NCBI GenBank assembly: GCA_944360115.1
Contig: CALVTH010000006.1
Coordinates: 1 to 54,963 of the forward strand
Reading direction: 5' to 3'
DNA length: 54,963 nt
Source of the DNA: an uncultured Clostridia bacterium
GTDB lineage: Bacteria; Bacillota; Clostridia; Christensenellales; CAG-917
The notes beneath the pieces are model-generated. The model was given only the letters and a program-made list of their open reading frames with translations. It was not told the DNA's origin and searched no databases. This document shows positions 29,466 through 38,787 of the stretch, piece after piece; position 1 is the stretch's first letter, and each line of letters starts with the position of its first letter. A program made the position numbers and the translations under genes.

Positions 29466-30323
29466 ATGTTTCTCGGAACACTCGGCGCTTTCACCTTCAA
29501 TCCCGACAACGGGTTGATGTACGGATTGTACGGCGGAGTCATAGCCATCGTCGCGGCGATGTCGATTTATTACATAATCGTCGCAATCCGCAGGGCGAAA
29601 GCGCTCAATATGGATATGGGCAAGATAAAGAAGGTCATCTCCACTTCGGTGACATTCTCCATACTGCCCGCTATAGGAATAGGCGTGGGACTGGTCGCCC
29701 TCATAGGCTCGATAGGCGTCGCGCTCCCGGCAATCCGTCTGTCCGTCATAGGCTCGCTGCAGTACGAGACGATGATGTCCGACGGCGCGGCGAAAGCCCT
29801 CGAAGGGTCGCTTGCGGCATTCCTCAAAAGCGGCATAGTGCCCAAGGATTATGTGACGATTGCCACGGTTATGACCATACCCATAGTCACGGGTCCGTTG
29901 CTCGTGCTGCTCGGATACAAGCGTTTTCAGCCCAAAGTCGCGATGCTGTCGTCCAAGGGCGTCAAGACCACGCGCGGCGGCGTGAACATCGGCGAACTGC
30001 TTTTCCAGGTGGTTTTCATCGGTATGATACTCGGCTACCTCGCCGACGCCGTGACCATTTTCGTGTCCGACGCGCAGTACATCGACGCGTATTTCAACTT
30101 CATCGCGCTCGTCGTAGCGGCGCTTTGCATGTATGTGTTCGAACTGCTCATCAACAAGGCGAAATGGAAGTGGCTTGACAGTTTCTCCACGGCGTTCAGT
30201 ATGCTGATTGCAATGGCGGTCGTCGCCGTAATCAGCTATTTCGCCTACAAGAACGGCTGGGCGCTCGTGCCCGAAGAGACGGCGGAAGCCGCCGCGGCGG
30301 CGGTTGCCGTCATCGGTCTGTGA
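29466..30323 (+). CDS. DUF5058-like membrane protein
   Basis: RRAKALNM, FSILPAIGI, IRLSVIGSLQYE, KWLDSFSTAFSML; multiple TM; upstream TTGATT-N17-TAAAAT. Confidence 0.7.
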   Translation: MFLGTLGAFTFNPDNGLMYGLYGGVIAIVAAMSIYYIIVAIRRAKALNMDMGKIKKVISTSVTFSILPAIGIGVGLVALIGSIGVALPAIRLSVIGSLQYETMMSDGAAKALEGSLAAFLKSGIVPKDYVTIATVMTIPIVTGPLLVLLGYKRFQPKVAMLSSKGVKTTRGGVNIGELLFQVVFIGMILGYLADAVTIFVSDAQYIDAYFNFIALVVAALCMYVFELLINKAKWKWLDSFSTAFSMLIAMAVVAVISYFAYKNGWALVPEETAEAAAAAVAVIGL

Positions 30324-30334
30324 GGAGGTGCGGT

Positions 30335-31309
30335 ATGAAAAAACAACTTACTCTCGCCGAACGCAACGCCCGCCTGCATTGGATAGGCAGACTGTGGATG
30401 GGCATTTCGATGTTGTACATCTGCACGATACCTCTCTGGATGGGGGTGTATTGGAAAGTGTCCCCCGACTGGTCGGTGTTTGCCAGTGGCGCGGTCGTAT
30501 CTCCGCTCATTCTCATGGCGCTGTCGGGCATAGCCGAACCCATAGTCTACGCGCCCATGGTTGGCATAAACGGAATGTACCTGTCCTTCGTAACGGGCAA
30601 TCTGTCCAACCTCAAAATCCCCTGCGTCGTCAAGGCTCAGGAGATTGTGGGCACCAAACCCGGCACGGAGGAGAGCGAAATCGTGGCGACTCTCGCCATA
30701 GCCGTCAGTTCGCTCGTCACGATACTCATTATCGGCGTAATGGTGCTTTGCCTTGCGTTTGCCAACCTGCAGGAACTCATCGAAAGCCAGCCCTACCTGC
30801 CGCCCGCGTTCGCGACGGTGGTGTACGCGCTGTTCGGCTCGCTCGGCGGCAAATACATCGTAAAGAATCCCAAACTCGCCGCATTCCCGCTCGTTATATG
30901 CCTCGTGGTCGCGGTGGTGCTGGGCTTCATCGGTCAGAATCCCGGCTCGGCGTACCTTTTCGTCGGCATTGCGGTGACCCTCGTCTTCGCGCTCGTGCAG
31001 TTCTTCCGCGAGAAAAAGAAACTGCGTGAGAAAGAGGAGCGGCTGCACCTTGCGGCAATCGCCGCGGGTATGTCCGACGACAAGTCCGCCGCAATCGACG
31101 AAAAACTCGAGATAATGGACAAACAGGCGCTCGGGAAAAAACTGACCGAAATCGAAGTCGCCGTGCTCGAAGGCAGGGCGGACGCCGTTTCGGAAGCGGA
31201 GGGAGAAGCGGGCGAGCAACTCGCCGACCTCGAGGAAAAAATAGCCGAGGAAAAGCAAGACGAGGAAATCGCAGTCGACCTCGGTGAGGAAGAAAAGCCG
31301 TTGGATTAG
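30335..31309 (+). CDS. Membrane protein, usual partner of DUF5058 (putative transporter subunit), with acidic tail
   Basis: EPIVYAPMVG...YLSFVTGNLSNLKIPC, GTEESEIVATLAIAVSS; AGGAGG RBS. Confidence 0.7.
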   Translation: MKKQLTLAERNARLHWIGRLWMGISMLYICTIPLWMGVYWKVSPDWSVFASGAVVSPLILMALSGIAEPIVYAPMVGINGMYLSFVTGNLSNLKIPCVVKAQEIVGTKPGTEESEIVATLAIAVSSLVTILIIGVMVLCLAFANLQELIESQPYLPPAFATVVYALFGSLGGKYIVKNPKLAAFPLVICLVVAVVLGFIGQNPGSAYLFVGIAVTLVFALVQFFREKKKLREKEERLHLAAIAAGMSDDKSAAIDEKLEIMDKQALGKKLTEIEVAVLEGRADAVSEAEGEAGEQLADLEEKIAEEKQDEEIAVDLGEEEKPLD

Positions 31310-31442
31310 CAACTGAGGCTCTTTAATCGCGGACGGTCGGGCAAATTGCCGACAACTTTCACCCCCGTGCAAAAGCGCGGGGGTTTTGCTTGCCATAGGT
31401 GCGGGGGAGTGCTACAATAACGGTACGACCCCAATATTACTC

Positions 31443-31542
31443 GGAAGTAGTAGGAATCTGCGCGTCAAGTGCCGTTGAGACGGGGGGTGCTCGCGGACGA
31501 AAAGTCTGTTGACTTGCGGTGCTTATTCCACTCCCGGCTTCC
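31443..31542 (+). ncRNA. THF (tetrahydrofolate) riboswitch
   Basis: AGTAG...GCGTCAAGTG...GGGGGGT...ACGAA...GCGG... pattern matches THF-I conserved nucleotides; closing GGAAG/CTTCC; lies between promoter TTGCCA-N17-TACAAT (31390-31418) and the folate operon. Confidence 0.8.
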
Positions 31543-31571
31543 CTCCGGAAGCGCTTCACAGGAGGTGCTTT

Positions 31572-32879
31572 TTGCTTTTCGACGAGGAGTTGCGGACGGG
31601 TGCCGCATTCCCTGCGGACGCCGTGCGGTTCGGCACGGCGCGGACGCGCGCCCTTTTGGACGCGCTGGGTTCTCCCGACCTGAAATTGCGTATAGTTCAC
31701 ATCGCGGGCACCAACGGTAAGGGTTCGGTGTGCGCCGCGCTGTCGTCGGTGTTGCGCGCGGCGGGATGCCGCACGGGCGCTTTTCTTTCCCCAGCCGTGC
31801 TCGACGAGAGCGAAACCGTGACCGTGGACGGCGAGACGGTACCCGACCGCGAACGCGAAAGACTTGCCGCCGTCGTATCCGCCGCGGCGGACAAAATGTC
31901 CGACAGCCCGACGGCATTCGAGCGTGCGGTCGCGCTTGCGTTTCTGACTTTCGCGCAGGCGGGGTGCGACTATGCCGTCGTCGAATGCGGGCTGGGCGGC
32001 AGAGAGGACGCCACCAACGCCGTCCGCGGAAAGGAACTCGCCGTCATCGCGCCCGTGGCGCTCGACCACACCCGCGAACTGGGGCGTACGCTCGCGGACA
32101 TAGCGCGGGCAAAGGCGGGCATAATAGCCGGCAGGGCGGTGAGCGCGCCGCAGGCGCCCGAAGCGGCGGCGGTGATTTATCCGCTTTGTACCGCGGTCGC
32201 CCACGCTCCCGAAAATGTCAGGGTGTCGGCGACAGGCACGCGTTTCGTTTACGACGGCAAGGAGATGTTCTTCCCGCTGGTCGGCGCTCATCAGGCGGCA
32301 AACGCCGCCCTTGTGACGGAAGCCGTAAAAGCTCTGCGCGCAGGCGGCGCGGACATATCCGACGAAGCCCTCGCCGAAGGCTTGCGCAACACGGTTCATC
32401 ACGCGCGTTTCGAAGTGCTGACGGCGGATAATATCGCAAAATCGCCTTATGATATAACGATTCCGCAAGGTAAAAGCCTGATTCTTGACGGTGCGCACAA
32501 TCCGCACGGTGCAAAGGCTCTTGCCGACGCGCTGTCCGAGGTGTTCGGAGAGAGCGGTGTGGCGGCGGTGTTCGGAGTGCTCGCCGACAAGGACGCGGAA
32601 GGCATTGCCGAGGCGCTCGCGCCGAGGTTTTGCAAGGTGCTGACTGTTACGCCGCGTTCCCCGCGGGCGCTTGCGGCGGACAAAGCCGAGGAAATTTTCA
32701 ACCGCGCGGCGTCGAAGGCGGGCAAGTCGCTCGCGACGGGTACGGCGCGCGGCGTGAAAGAGGGGGCGGAGCGGTTGCTCGCGGAGTGCGACACCGTGGT
32801 CGTTTGCGGCTCGCTCACGCTGTTTTGCGAACTTGCAGGCGCAGGGCGGGAACGGACGAAACAGCGACTGCGCGACTGA
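31572..32879 (+). CDS. folC: Folylpolyglutamate synthase/dihydrofolate synthase
   Basis: HIAGTNGKGS, ECGLGGREDATN, LDHTRELG, LDGAHNP; TTG start after AGGAGG. Confidence 0.9.
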   Translation: MLFDEELRTGAAFPADAVRFGTARTRALLDALGSPDLKLRIVHIAGTNGKGSVCAALSSVLRAAGCRTGAFLSPAVLDESETVTVDGETVPDRERERLAAVVSAAADKMSDSPTAFERAVALAFLTFAQAGCDYAVVECGLGGREDATNAVRGKELAVIAPVALDHTRELGRTLADIARAKAGIIAGRAVSAPQAPEAAAVIYPLCTAVAHAPENVRVSATGTRFVYDGKEMFFPLVGAHQAANAALVTEAVKALRAGGADISDEALAEGLRNTVHHARFEVLTADNIAKSPYDITIPQGKSLILDGAHNPHGAKALADALSEVFGESGVAAVFGVLADKDAEGIAEALAPRFCKVLTVTPRSPRALAADKAEEIFNRAASKAGKSLATGTARGVKEGAERLLAECDTVVVCGSLTLFCELAGAGRERTKQRLRD

Positions 32880-32990
32880 CGGACGGGACGACGGAAGCGC
32901 GCAAGGATACGCGACGGAGCGGTCGCCATGGACGACGGCGACGGAAATACCGACGAAGGTTTGATTCGGGCTTGCCCGAAGGAGGAAGAT

Positions 32991-33560
32991 ATGGTTGACA
33001 AGGAAAGGCTTGCCGCCGCGGTAAAGGAAATCCTCGCGGCAATAGGCGAGGACGCCGACAGAGAGGGACTCAGGGACACCCCCGACAGGGTGGCGCGTAT
33101 GTTCGAGGAATTGACGGCGGGTTACGCCGACGACGCGGCGACGCACCTGGCAAAGACTTTCGGCGAGGACGGCGGCGCGCTCGTGCTGGAGAAAGACATC
33201 GCTTTCTCGTCGATGTGCGAACATCATCTCATGCCTTTCTTCGGCAAGGTGCACATCGCCTATGTGCCCGACGGCAAGGTGGTGGGGCTGTCCAAACTCG
33301 CCCGCGTCGTCGAGGTGTACGCCAGGCGGTTGCAGTTGCAGGAGCGTATGTGCGCCGAGATTGCCGACGCGGTCTTCGGGTGCCTTGCTCCCAAAGGCGT
33401 GGCGGTCGCGGTTGAAGCCGAGCACACCTGCATGACGGCGCGCGGGGTGAAGAAGTTCGGCAGCAAAACGCTGTCGGTTGCCGTGCGCGGCGACATTCCC
33501 GAGAGCGCGGTCAATATGCTGTACGCGCTCGCGGGCGCGGGAGCGGGCGCGGGCAAATGA
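32991..33560 (+). CDS. folE: GTP cyclohydrolase I
   Basis: [43 protein letters not shown]. Confidence 0.95.
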   Translation: MVDKERLAAAVKEILAAIGEDADREGLRDTPDRVARMFEELTAGYADDAATHLAKTFGEDGGALVLEKDIAFSSMCEHHLMPFFGKVHIAYVPDGKVVGLSKLARVVEVYARRLQLQERMCAEIADAVFGCLAPKGVAVAVEAEHTCMTARGVKKFGSKTLSVAVRGDIPESAVNMLYALAGAGAGAGK

Positions 33561-33573
33561 CGGAGAAACGGTT

Positions 33574-34365
33574 ATGAAAGACTGCGTATTCGAGGTGCGC
33601 GGAAAGGCGTTCGCGGGCGGAACTCACATTATGGCGATACTCAACGCCACGCCCGATTCCTTCTTTCCGCTGTCGCGCGTCGACGACGACGCGGCGGAGC
33701 GTGCCCTCAAAGCCGTGCGTGACGGCGCGGAGATAATCGACATCGGCGGACAGTCCACCCGCCCCGGTCACAAGGAAGTGGGCGCGCTGGAGGAAATAAC
33801 GCGGGTGGTGCCCGCGGTGCGCGCCGTGCGCGAGGTGACCGACGCCCCGATTTCCGTGGACACCTATCTCCCCGAGGTCGCCGAAGCCGCCCTCGAAGCG
33901 GGCGCGGATATGATAAACGATGTTTCCTGTATCAAAGACCCCGAACTTGCGAGGGTGGCGGCGCGTTACGGCGCGTCGCTGTGCATAATGCACGACAGGC
34001 GGCAGTCGCGCGAGCGCGACCTCATGAACGACAAACTGACGGGACTCGTCGCCGCCGCCGAATTCGCACGGCGCGCGGGCGTGCCCGAAAAGAGGATTAT
34101 CCTCGACGGCGGCATAGGATTCAACAAATCGGCGGACGAGGACAGGCAACTGCTTGCGCATTATTCCGAACTGAAACTGGCGGGCTATCCGCTGTTGCTC
34201 GGCACTTCGCGCAAGTCGTTCATGGGCGGCGAAGTCAGCGGCAGACTGTCTGCGACGCTGGAAACGACGGCGCAGGCCGTGAGGGAGGGCATACTCTTCG
34301 TGCGGGTGCACGATGTGGCGGAGAACAAATCCGTGATAGACGCCCTCTCGGGGGAGGGAAAATGA
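33574..34365 (+). CDS. folP: Dihydropteroate synthase
   Basis: ILNATPDSF, DIGGQSTRPG, ISVDT, GTSRKSF, VRVHDV. Confidence 0.95.
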   Translation: MKDCVFEVRGKAFAGGTHIMAILNATPDSFFPLSRVDDDAAERALKAVRDGAEIIDIGGQSTRPGHKEVGALEEITRVVPAVRAVREVTDAPISVDTYLPEVAEAALEAGADMINDVSCIKDPELARVAARYGASLCIMHDRRQSRERDLMNDKLTGLVAAAEFARRAGVPEKRIILDGGIGFNKSADEDRQLLAHYSELKLAGYPLLLGTSRKSFMGGEVSGRLSATLETTAQAVREGILFVRVHDVAENKSVIDALSGEGK

Positions 34366-35201
34366 AAAGCAACGCAAGCATACTCATAGAAAATTACGAG
34401 CTGACGGGATGTCACGGAGTCAATCCCGAGGAAAAGACGGAAGCGCAGAGATTTTTGTTTTCCGCCGTCCTCGACATCGACGCCACGGCGGCGGCGAACT
34501 CCGACGATGTTGACAAAACCGTGAGTTATTCCGCCGTATGCAAACTGATAAAAGCCTTTTTCTGCGAAAACAGCCGCAACCTGCTGGAGACGCTCGCGCT
34601 CGGCGCGGCGCGCAGGATAATGCTTGCGTTCCCCGCGCTTTGCCGCGCCGAGGTCACCGTGCGCAAGCCCGACGCGCCCATGAAAGGCAAGTTCGACAGC
34701 GTTGGCGTGCGCGCCGAGGTGCGTCGCTCCGTGGCGTATCTGTCCATGGGTTCCAGCGTGGGCGACAGGGCGGCGTATATGGACAAGGCGGTGTCCCTGC
34801 TCGCCGCCGACGGGTTGATTCTGTCCGTGACGGAGAGCAGCCGCACGGACACCGCGCCGTACGGCGGCGTTGCCGAAAACCGTTTTCTCAATTCCGCGCT
34901 CCGCGTGGAAACCCTGCACACTCCCGAGAGTCTGCTCGCTCTCGTCGCCGAAGTGGAGAAAAGTTGCGGACGCGTGCGCGATAAGCGTTGGGGCGACAGG
35001 ACGCTCGACCTCGACATTCTTCTTTTCGGAGACGAGGTGCGTTCGGAGGGGGCTCTCATACTGCCGCACCCCGAAATGAAAAAGAGGGAATTCGTGCTTG
35101 CGCCGCTCGCCGAAATCGCTCCTCACGCCGTGCACCCGCTGACACGCAAAACGGTGGCGGAAATGCTCGCCGACCTCTACCGCGCCGCGCCCGCCGAATG
35201 A
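34362..35201 (+). CDS. folK: Bifunctional dihydroneopterin aldolase / HPPK (FolB-FolK fusion)
   Basis: GCHGVNPEEK...TVSY...LLETLA (FolB), then YLSMGSSVG...RWGDRTLDLDILLF...LPHP (FolK). Confidence 0.9.
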   Translation: MKSNASILIENYELTGCHGVNPEEKTEAQRFLFSAVLDIDATAAANSDDVDKTVSYSAVCKLIKAFFCENSRNLLETLALGAARRIMLAFPALCRAEVTVRKPDAPMKGKFDSVGVRAEVRRSVAYLSMGSSVGDRAAYMDKAVSLLAADGLILSVTESSRTDTAPYGGVAENRFLNSALRVETLHTPESLLALVAEVEKSCGRVRDKRWGDRTLDLDILLFGDEVRSEGALILPHPEMKKREFVLAPLAEIAPHAVHPLTRKTVAEMLADLYRAAPAE

Positions 35202-35277
35202 AACCGATTTGTTGACGTTTTCCGGTATATACGGACGCCTCCGTGGGAATACTAGACGTATTCACGGAGGTGTTTTT

Positions 35278-35871
35278 ATGAAACTCAAAGAGAGCAAAAC
35301 CTATCTCAATCTCGCGAAGTCGTATGCCGGCGAATGTCAGGCGCGCACCCGTTACGAATTCATCGAATACGGCGCAAGACAGCAGGGCTTCAAGGCGCTT
35401 GCCGAACTCGTCGACAAGGTTGTGTACAACGAATTCAACCACGCGCGGATGTTCTACACATTCATCCAGCAGTCCGAAGAGAAGCAGATCGAAAACATCG
35501 ACATCTCAAGCGGTTATCCTTTCAAGGAAAAGTGGGATCTGCTCGAAAATCTCCGTCTCGCCGCCGAGGACGAACTGAACGAAGCCGAGAAAATCTATCC
35601 CGAATACGCCCGCATCGCCCGCGAGGAGGGTTTCCCCGAAATCGCGGCGCTTTACGAGAACATCATCCAGGTGGAGACCTGCCACAACAAACTTTTCACT
35701 CAGCTTTATCAGCAGATGAAAAAGGGCACGATGTACAAGAAAAAGGAAAAGGTCAAGTGGAAGTGCGGCGACTGCGGCTACGAAGCCACCGCCAAAGAGG
35801 CTTGGCAGGAGTGCCCCATCTGCAAGGCAAAGCAAGGTGCGGTAATGCTCAAAATCGAGGACGAGGGCTGA
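35278..35871 (+). CDS. rbr: Rubrerythrin
   Basis: NLAKSYAGECQARTRY, EFNH, ETCH diiron ligands; C-terminal CGDCG...CPIC rubredoxin-like site. Confidence 0.9.
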   Translation: MKLKESKTYLNLAKSYAGECQARTRYEFIEYGARQQGFKALAELVDKVVYNEFNHARMFYTFIQQSEEKQIENIDISSGYPFKEKWDLLENLRLAAEDELNEAEKIYPEYARIAREEGFPEIAALYENIIQVETCHNKLFTQLYQQMKKGTMYKKKEKVKWKCGDCGYEATAKEAWQECPICKAKQGAVMLKIEDEG

Positions 35872-35895
35872 GCGGCGTGGATCCCGACGAAAACG

Positions 35896-35927
35896 AACGC
35901 GGCGGGTTTTCCGCCGCGTTTCCTTTT
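35896..35927. terminator. Terminator between the convergent rbr and ybaK genes
   Basis: aacgcggcgg-gtttt-ccgccgcgtt hairpin with flanking A/T runs. Confidence 0.6.
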
Positions 35928-35961
35928 GTCTGATTTTGCCCCGGGTCGGCGGAGGCGGCGT

Positions 35962-36477
35962 TCACCGCGTTTTGCCCTCGGAAGAATCGGCGTGCGTGAT
36001 GTCGGCGTAGGTGAAGCGCAGGGCGCGCGGCAGGTCGGCGGGGGAGACTTCCACCTGCAAACCTATCCTGCCCGCGCTGAAAAAGATTTTGTCCTTGTCT
36101 TTCGCGCTTATGTCGACGACGGTGACCAGTTGCTTTTTCATTCCTATGGGAGAGCACCCGCCGTGCACATATCCCGTAAGGGGCAGCAGTTTTTTCTGCG
36201 GCAACATCGTCAGCGATTTTTCTCCCACCGCGGCGGCGGCTTTTTTCAGGTCGAGTTCGCTCTCCACGGGCACGACGAAAACGAAATGCGCAAGACTTTT
36301 GCCCTCGGTGACAAGCGTCTTGAAAACCGCGCTTGCGTCCAGTCCCAGCATTGCCGCCACTTCCGTGCCGGACGGCGGGCATTCCTTGTCGGCGGCGTAT
36401 TCGTGCGCAATGTAACTCACGCCGAACTTCTCGAGCGTGCGCATTGCGTTGGTTTTTTCGACAGGTTGGTTTTTCAA
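35962..36477 (-). CDS. ybaK: Cys-tRNA(Pro) deacylase YbaK/EbsC
   Basis: KTNAMRTL, VFKTLV, LDLKKAA, TGYVHGGCSPIG, SAGRIG. Confidence 0.9.
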   Translation of the reverse strand: MKNQPVEKTNAMRTLEKFGVSYIAHEYAADKECPPSGTEVAAMLGLDASAVFKTLVTEGKSLAHFVFVVPVESELDLKKAAAAVGEKSLTMLPQKKLLPLTGYVHGGCSPIGMKKQLVTVVDISAKDKDKIFFSAGRIGLQVEVSPADLPRALRFTYADITHADSSEGKTR

Positions 36478-36517
36478 CTCAGTTCTTCCTCTTTTTCGGT
36501 TCGGATTGACTTGTCGG

Positions 36518-37339
36518 CTATGCGGAAAAGTCGAAGTCGGTGGTGATGAAATCTATTCCGCCCTCGACGAGTTCCGCCGCCTGTTCCGCCGTGGTGACAT
36601 TCCACACGCTGAGCGTCACGCCCAGTCTGTGTATGCGGTCGATATACGAGGGCTTCACCTTGTCGGCGTTCAGCCCCACGGGACAGCCTCTGCGGGCGAA
36701 AAATTCCGCGGACACCTTGTTTGTGCCGAGATACATAAATCCGATTCCGTCCGCCACTTCGGACAGATGTTCGATGTTCGTGTCGACGAAGGATATGACC
36801 ATTATCCGTTCTTCGGGTAAATATTGCCTTGCGACGGCGAGAATCTCGGACACCTGCGCGGCGGTGAAGGCGGGCTTGAACTCTATGACGGCGGTCTTGC
36901 CGCCTTCGGCGCAGATTTCGAGATAGCGCTCGAAAGAGCACAGCCTTTCGTTTTCGCCCGACATATCGTAGTCGTTGCTTACCGACAGCGGCAAGGACAG
37001 GCATTGTTCGAGAGTGAGCGAGTCTATGGTCACGCTTTCGTCGGCGAAGGGATTTTCGTCGTGCGCGCACACATATTTTCCGTCCGCCGTGCGGTAGATG
37101 TCTGTCTCTATCCCGAAGAAGAAATCGCTCTCCGCCGCGGCGATGAACGCCGCTTCCGTGTTCTCGTAATATTCCGAACTCAGCCCCCTGTGGGCGATGT
37201 ATCTCACGCCTTCTCCGAAGAGGTCGGGCGCGTCGATGGGATTGGCGGCGATATATCCGAAATATCCCGCAAGCGTCGCGGCGACGGCGACGACGGCGCA
37301 CACCGCGACAATAACGACGATTTTGATTGCTTTGCTCAT
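36518..37339 (-). CDS. Membrane-anchored glycerophosphodiester phosphodiesterase
   Basis: N-terminal TM; IAHRG, ENT, IETD, HD, IEFK, ITTD motifs. Confidence 0.88.
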   Translation of the reverse strand: MSKAIKIVVIVAVCAVVAVAATLAGYFGYIAANPIDAPDLFGEGVRYIAHRGLSSEYYENTEAAFIAAAESDFFFGIETDIYRTADGKYVCAHDENPFADESVTIDSLTLEQCLSLPLSVSNDYDMSGENERLCSFERYLEICAEGGKTAVIEFKPAFTAAQVSEILAVARQYLPEERIMVISFVDTNIEHLSEVADGIGFMYLGTNKVSAEFFARRGCPVGLNADKVKPSYIDRIHRLGVTLSVWNVTTAEQAAELVEGGIDFITTDFDFSA

Positions 37340-37375
37340 AATGCACCCCTGGTCATATAATGTGCGGACGATGTT

Positions 37376-37987
37376 TCAGTTCGGCTTTTCGTCACTTGTT
37401 TTTTCCTCCAGCTCGCGGACGCGCGCTTCGAGTTCGGCAATGCGTTCGGCTTTCGAGGGCTTGCGCTTGCGTTCGGGCTTCGGCTCGGCGGGCGCAGGCT
37501 CTTTCAACGGCATATACGCGGCGACTAAGATGATCGTCACAACGAGAATAACGAGTAAAGCGATGATTATGTAGAAAGCCGAGTATGCTGCCTCGGCGGG
37601 TGTTAGTATGAACATGCGGTTGCTCGTTGAAATGGTACTGCTCGCAGCATACACGGAAAACACTGCAAGCGGAAGAGAGAGAGCAATACACCAGTTTGTT
37701 TTTTTACTAACAATTGCTCCGCAAACCGAAAGTAGGAATAAGGGGAGAGGCGTTATGAATAAGAAGTAAGAGTAGGCGACTTCTGCATTTGTTATGTCGC
37801 CACTACTTTGCAATTGTCCCCACAAGATTGATGATTGACGAATGTACAGCAACCTGACAAAATGAGATAATCCGTCAAGGCAAAACGGCGCGAAATACAG
37901 GAAAACAGCAACAGCGCAGAACGCAATGACAAAGGCAATGCGCTTCGTGTCATAGGCTTTGCGAACAGCCAACAAAAATTTCGTCAT
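37376..37987 (-). CDS. Hypothetical ~4-TM membrane protein with conserved charged/coiled-coil tail (cassette A)
   Basis: Hydrophobic core, tail AEPKPERKRKPSKAERIAELEARVRELE; own promoter TTGTAT-N17-TATAAT and GGAGG RBS. Confidence 0.75.
   Translation of the reverse strand: MTKFLLAVRKAYDTKRIAFVIAFCAVAVFLYFAPFCLDGLSHFVRLLYIRQSSILWGQLQSSGDITNAEVAYSYFLFITPLPLFLLSVCGAIVSKKTNWCIALSLPLAVFSVYAASSTISTSNRMFILTPAEAAYSAFYIIIALLVILVVTIILVAAYMPLKEPAPAEPKPERKRKPSKAERIAELEARVRELEEKTSDEKPN
37404..37496. repeat. 93-bp direct repeat, copy 1 (copy 2 at 38128-38220)
   Basis: Manual alignment, 2 mismatches; encodes the shared C-terminal tail. Confidence 0.9.
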
Positions 37988-38105
37988 AAGGCACCCTCCG
38001 TGGTGCTTTCATTATACCCCCCAAAAGGAGGAGATACAATGTTTACTTAGTTTGAGAATGGTGCAATTCTAAGCGGTAGTCAATCTCCAAAAAGGTGGAA
38101 AGGGC

Positions 38106-38636
38106 TCAGTTAGAGCCCCTTTCCTTATCCTCCAGCTCGCGGACGCGCGCTTCGAGTTCGGCAATGCGTTCGGCTTTCGAGGGCTTGCGGTTGCGTTCGG
38201 GCTTCGGCTCGGCGGACGCACGGTAGGCAATCGTTGCAATAACGGCGCACAGAAAGAAAGCGTACATAATCGACATAATGTACACGCTTGCGCTGGCTGT
38301 GGAAAACACTACCGCGACAAGGTAAATCGTGCCGAAAAAGATAACCGAAAACGGGAAAATAGCCCAAACGAAGAGGAACGGGCTTTTTTTTGAGACGAGA
38401 AACGCAACTATTTCCAACACCCATAGAACGATAAACATAAACAAAATTGCAAACGCATAACTCGCGCCAGCGTCCGAGTGCTGAATGAAAAGCCGCGTCA
38501 TTATATACGGACTATACTCCAACGGATAGCGTTCGGGCGAAGATATAGGGATAAAGAACAGCGCAAAAGAAAGCACAAACAAAACGGCGCAAATAATGCG
38601 ACTGCTGCTGCGGAAAAACGAAATAAAACGAGCCAT
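38106..38636 (-). CDS. Hypothetical ~4-TM membrane protein with the same conserved tail (cassette B)
   Basis: Start MARFISFF after GGAGG; tail AEPKPERNRKPSKAERIAELEARVRELE; own promoter TTGCAA-N17-TATAAT. Confidence 0.75.
   Translation of the reverse strand: MARFISFFRSSSRIICAVLFVLSFALFFIPISSPERYPLEYSPYIMTRLFIQHSDAGASYAFAILFMFIVLWVLEIVAFLVSKKSPFLFVWAIFPFSVIFFGTIYLVAVVFSTASASVYIMSIMYAFFLCAVIATIAYRASAEPKPERNRKPSKAERIAELEARVRELEDKERGSN
38128..38220. repeat. 93-bp direct repeat, copy 2
   Basis: Matches 37404-37496. Confidence 0.9.
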
Positions 38637-38718
38637 AAGCACCCTCCGAGGTGCCTTCATTATAGATAGAAAGCGAAATTCTTGCAAGGTTGATTTTGCT
38701 TTGCCTTGTGAAAAAACG

Positions 38719-38746
38719 AAAAGCCTCGCGTGGGGCAAGGCTTTTT
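38719..38746 (-). terminator. Terminator after glnA
   Basis: aaaagcct...aggctttt inverted repeat flanked by A/T runs. Confidence 0.55.
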
Positions 38747-38787
38747 GCATTATGGGGTGAGGCGGAAAATTCCGCGCGGCGCGCCCG

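Noticed and set aside
37376-38636. Integron or diversity-generating retroelement explanation for the cassette pair
   Set aside because: No integrase, attC-like site, reverse transcriptase or adenine-specific TR/VR mismatch pattern is visible
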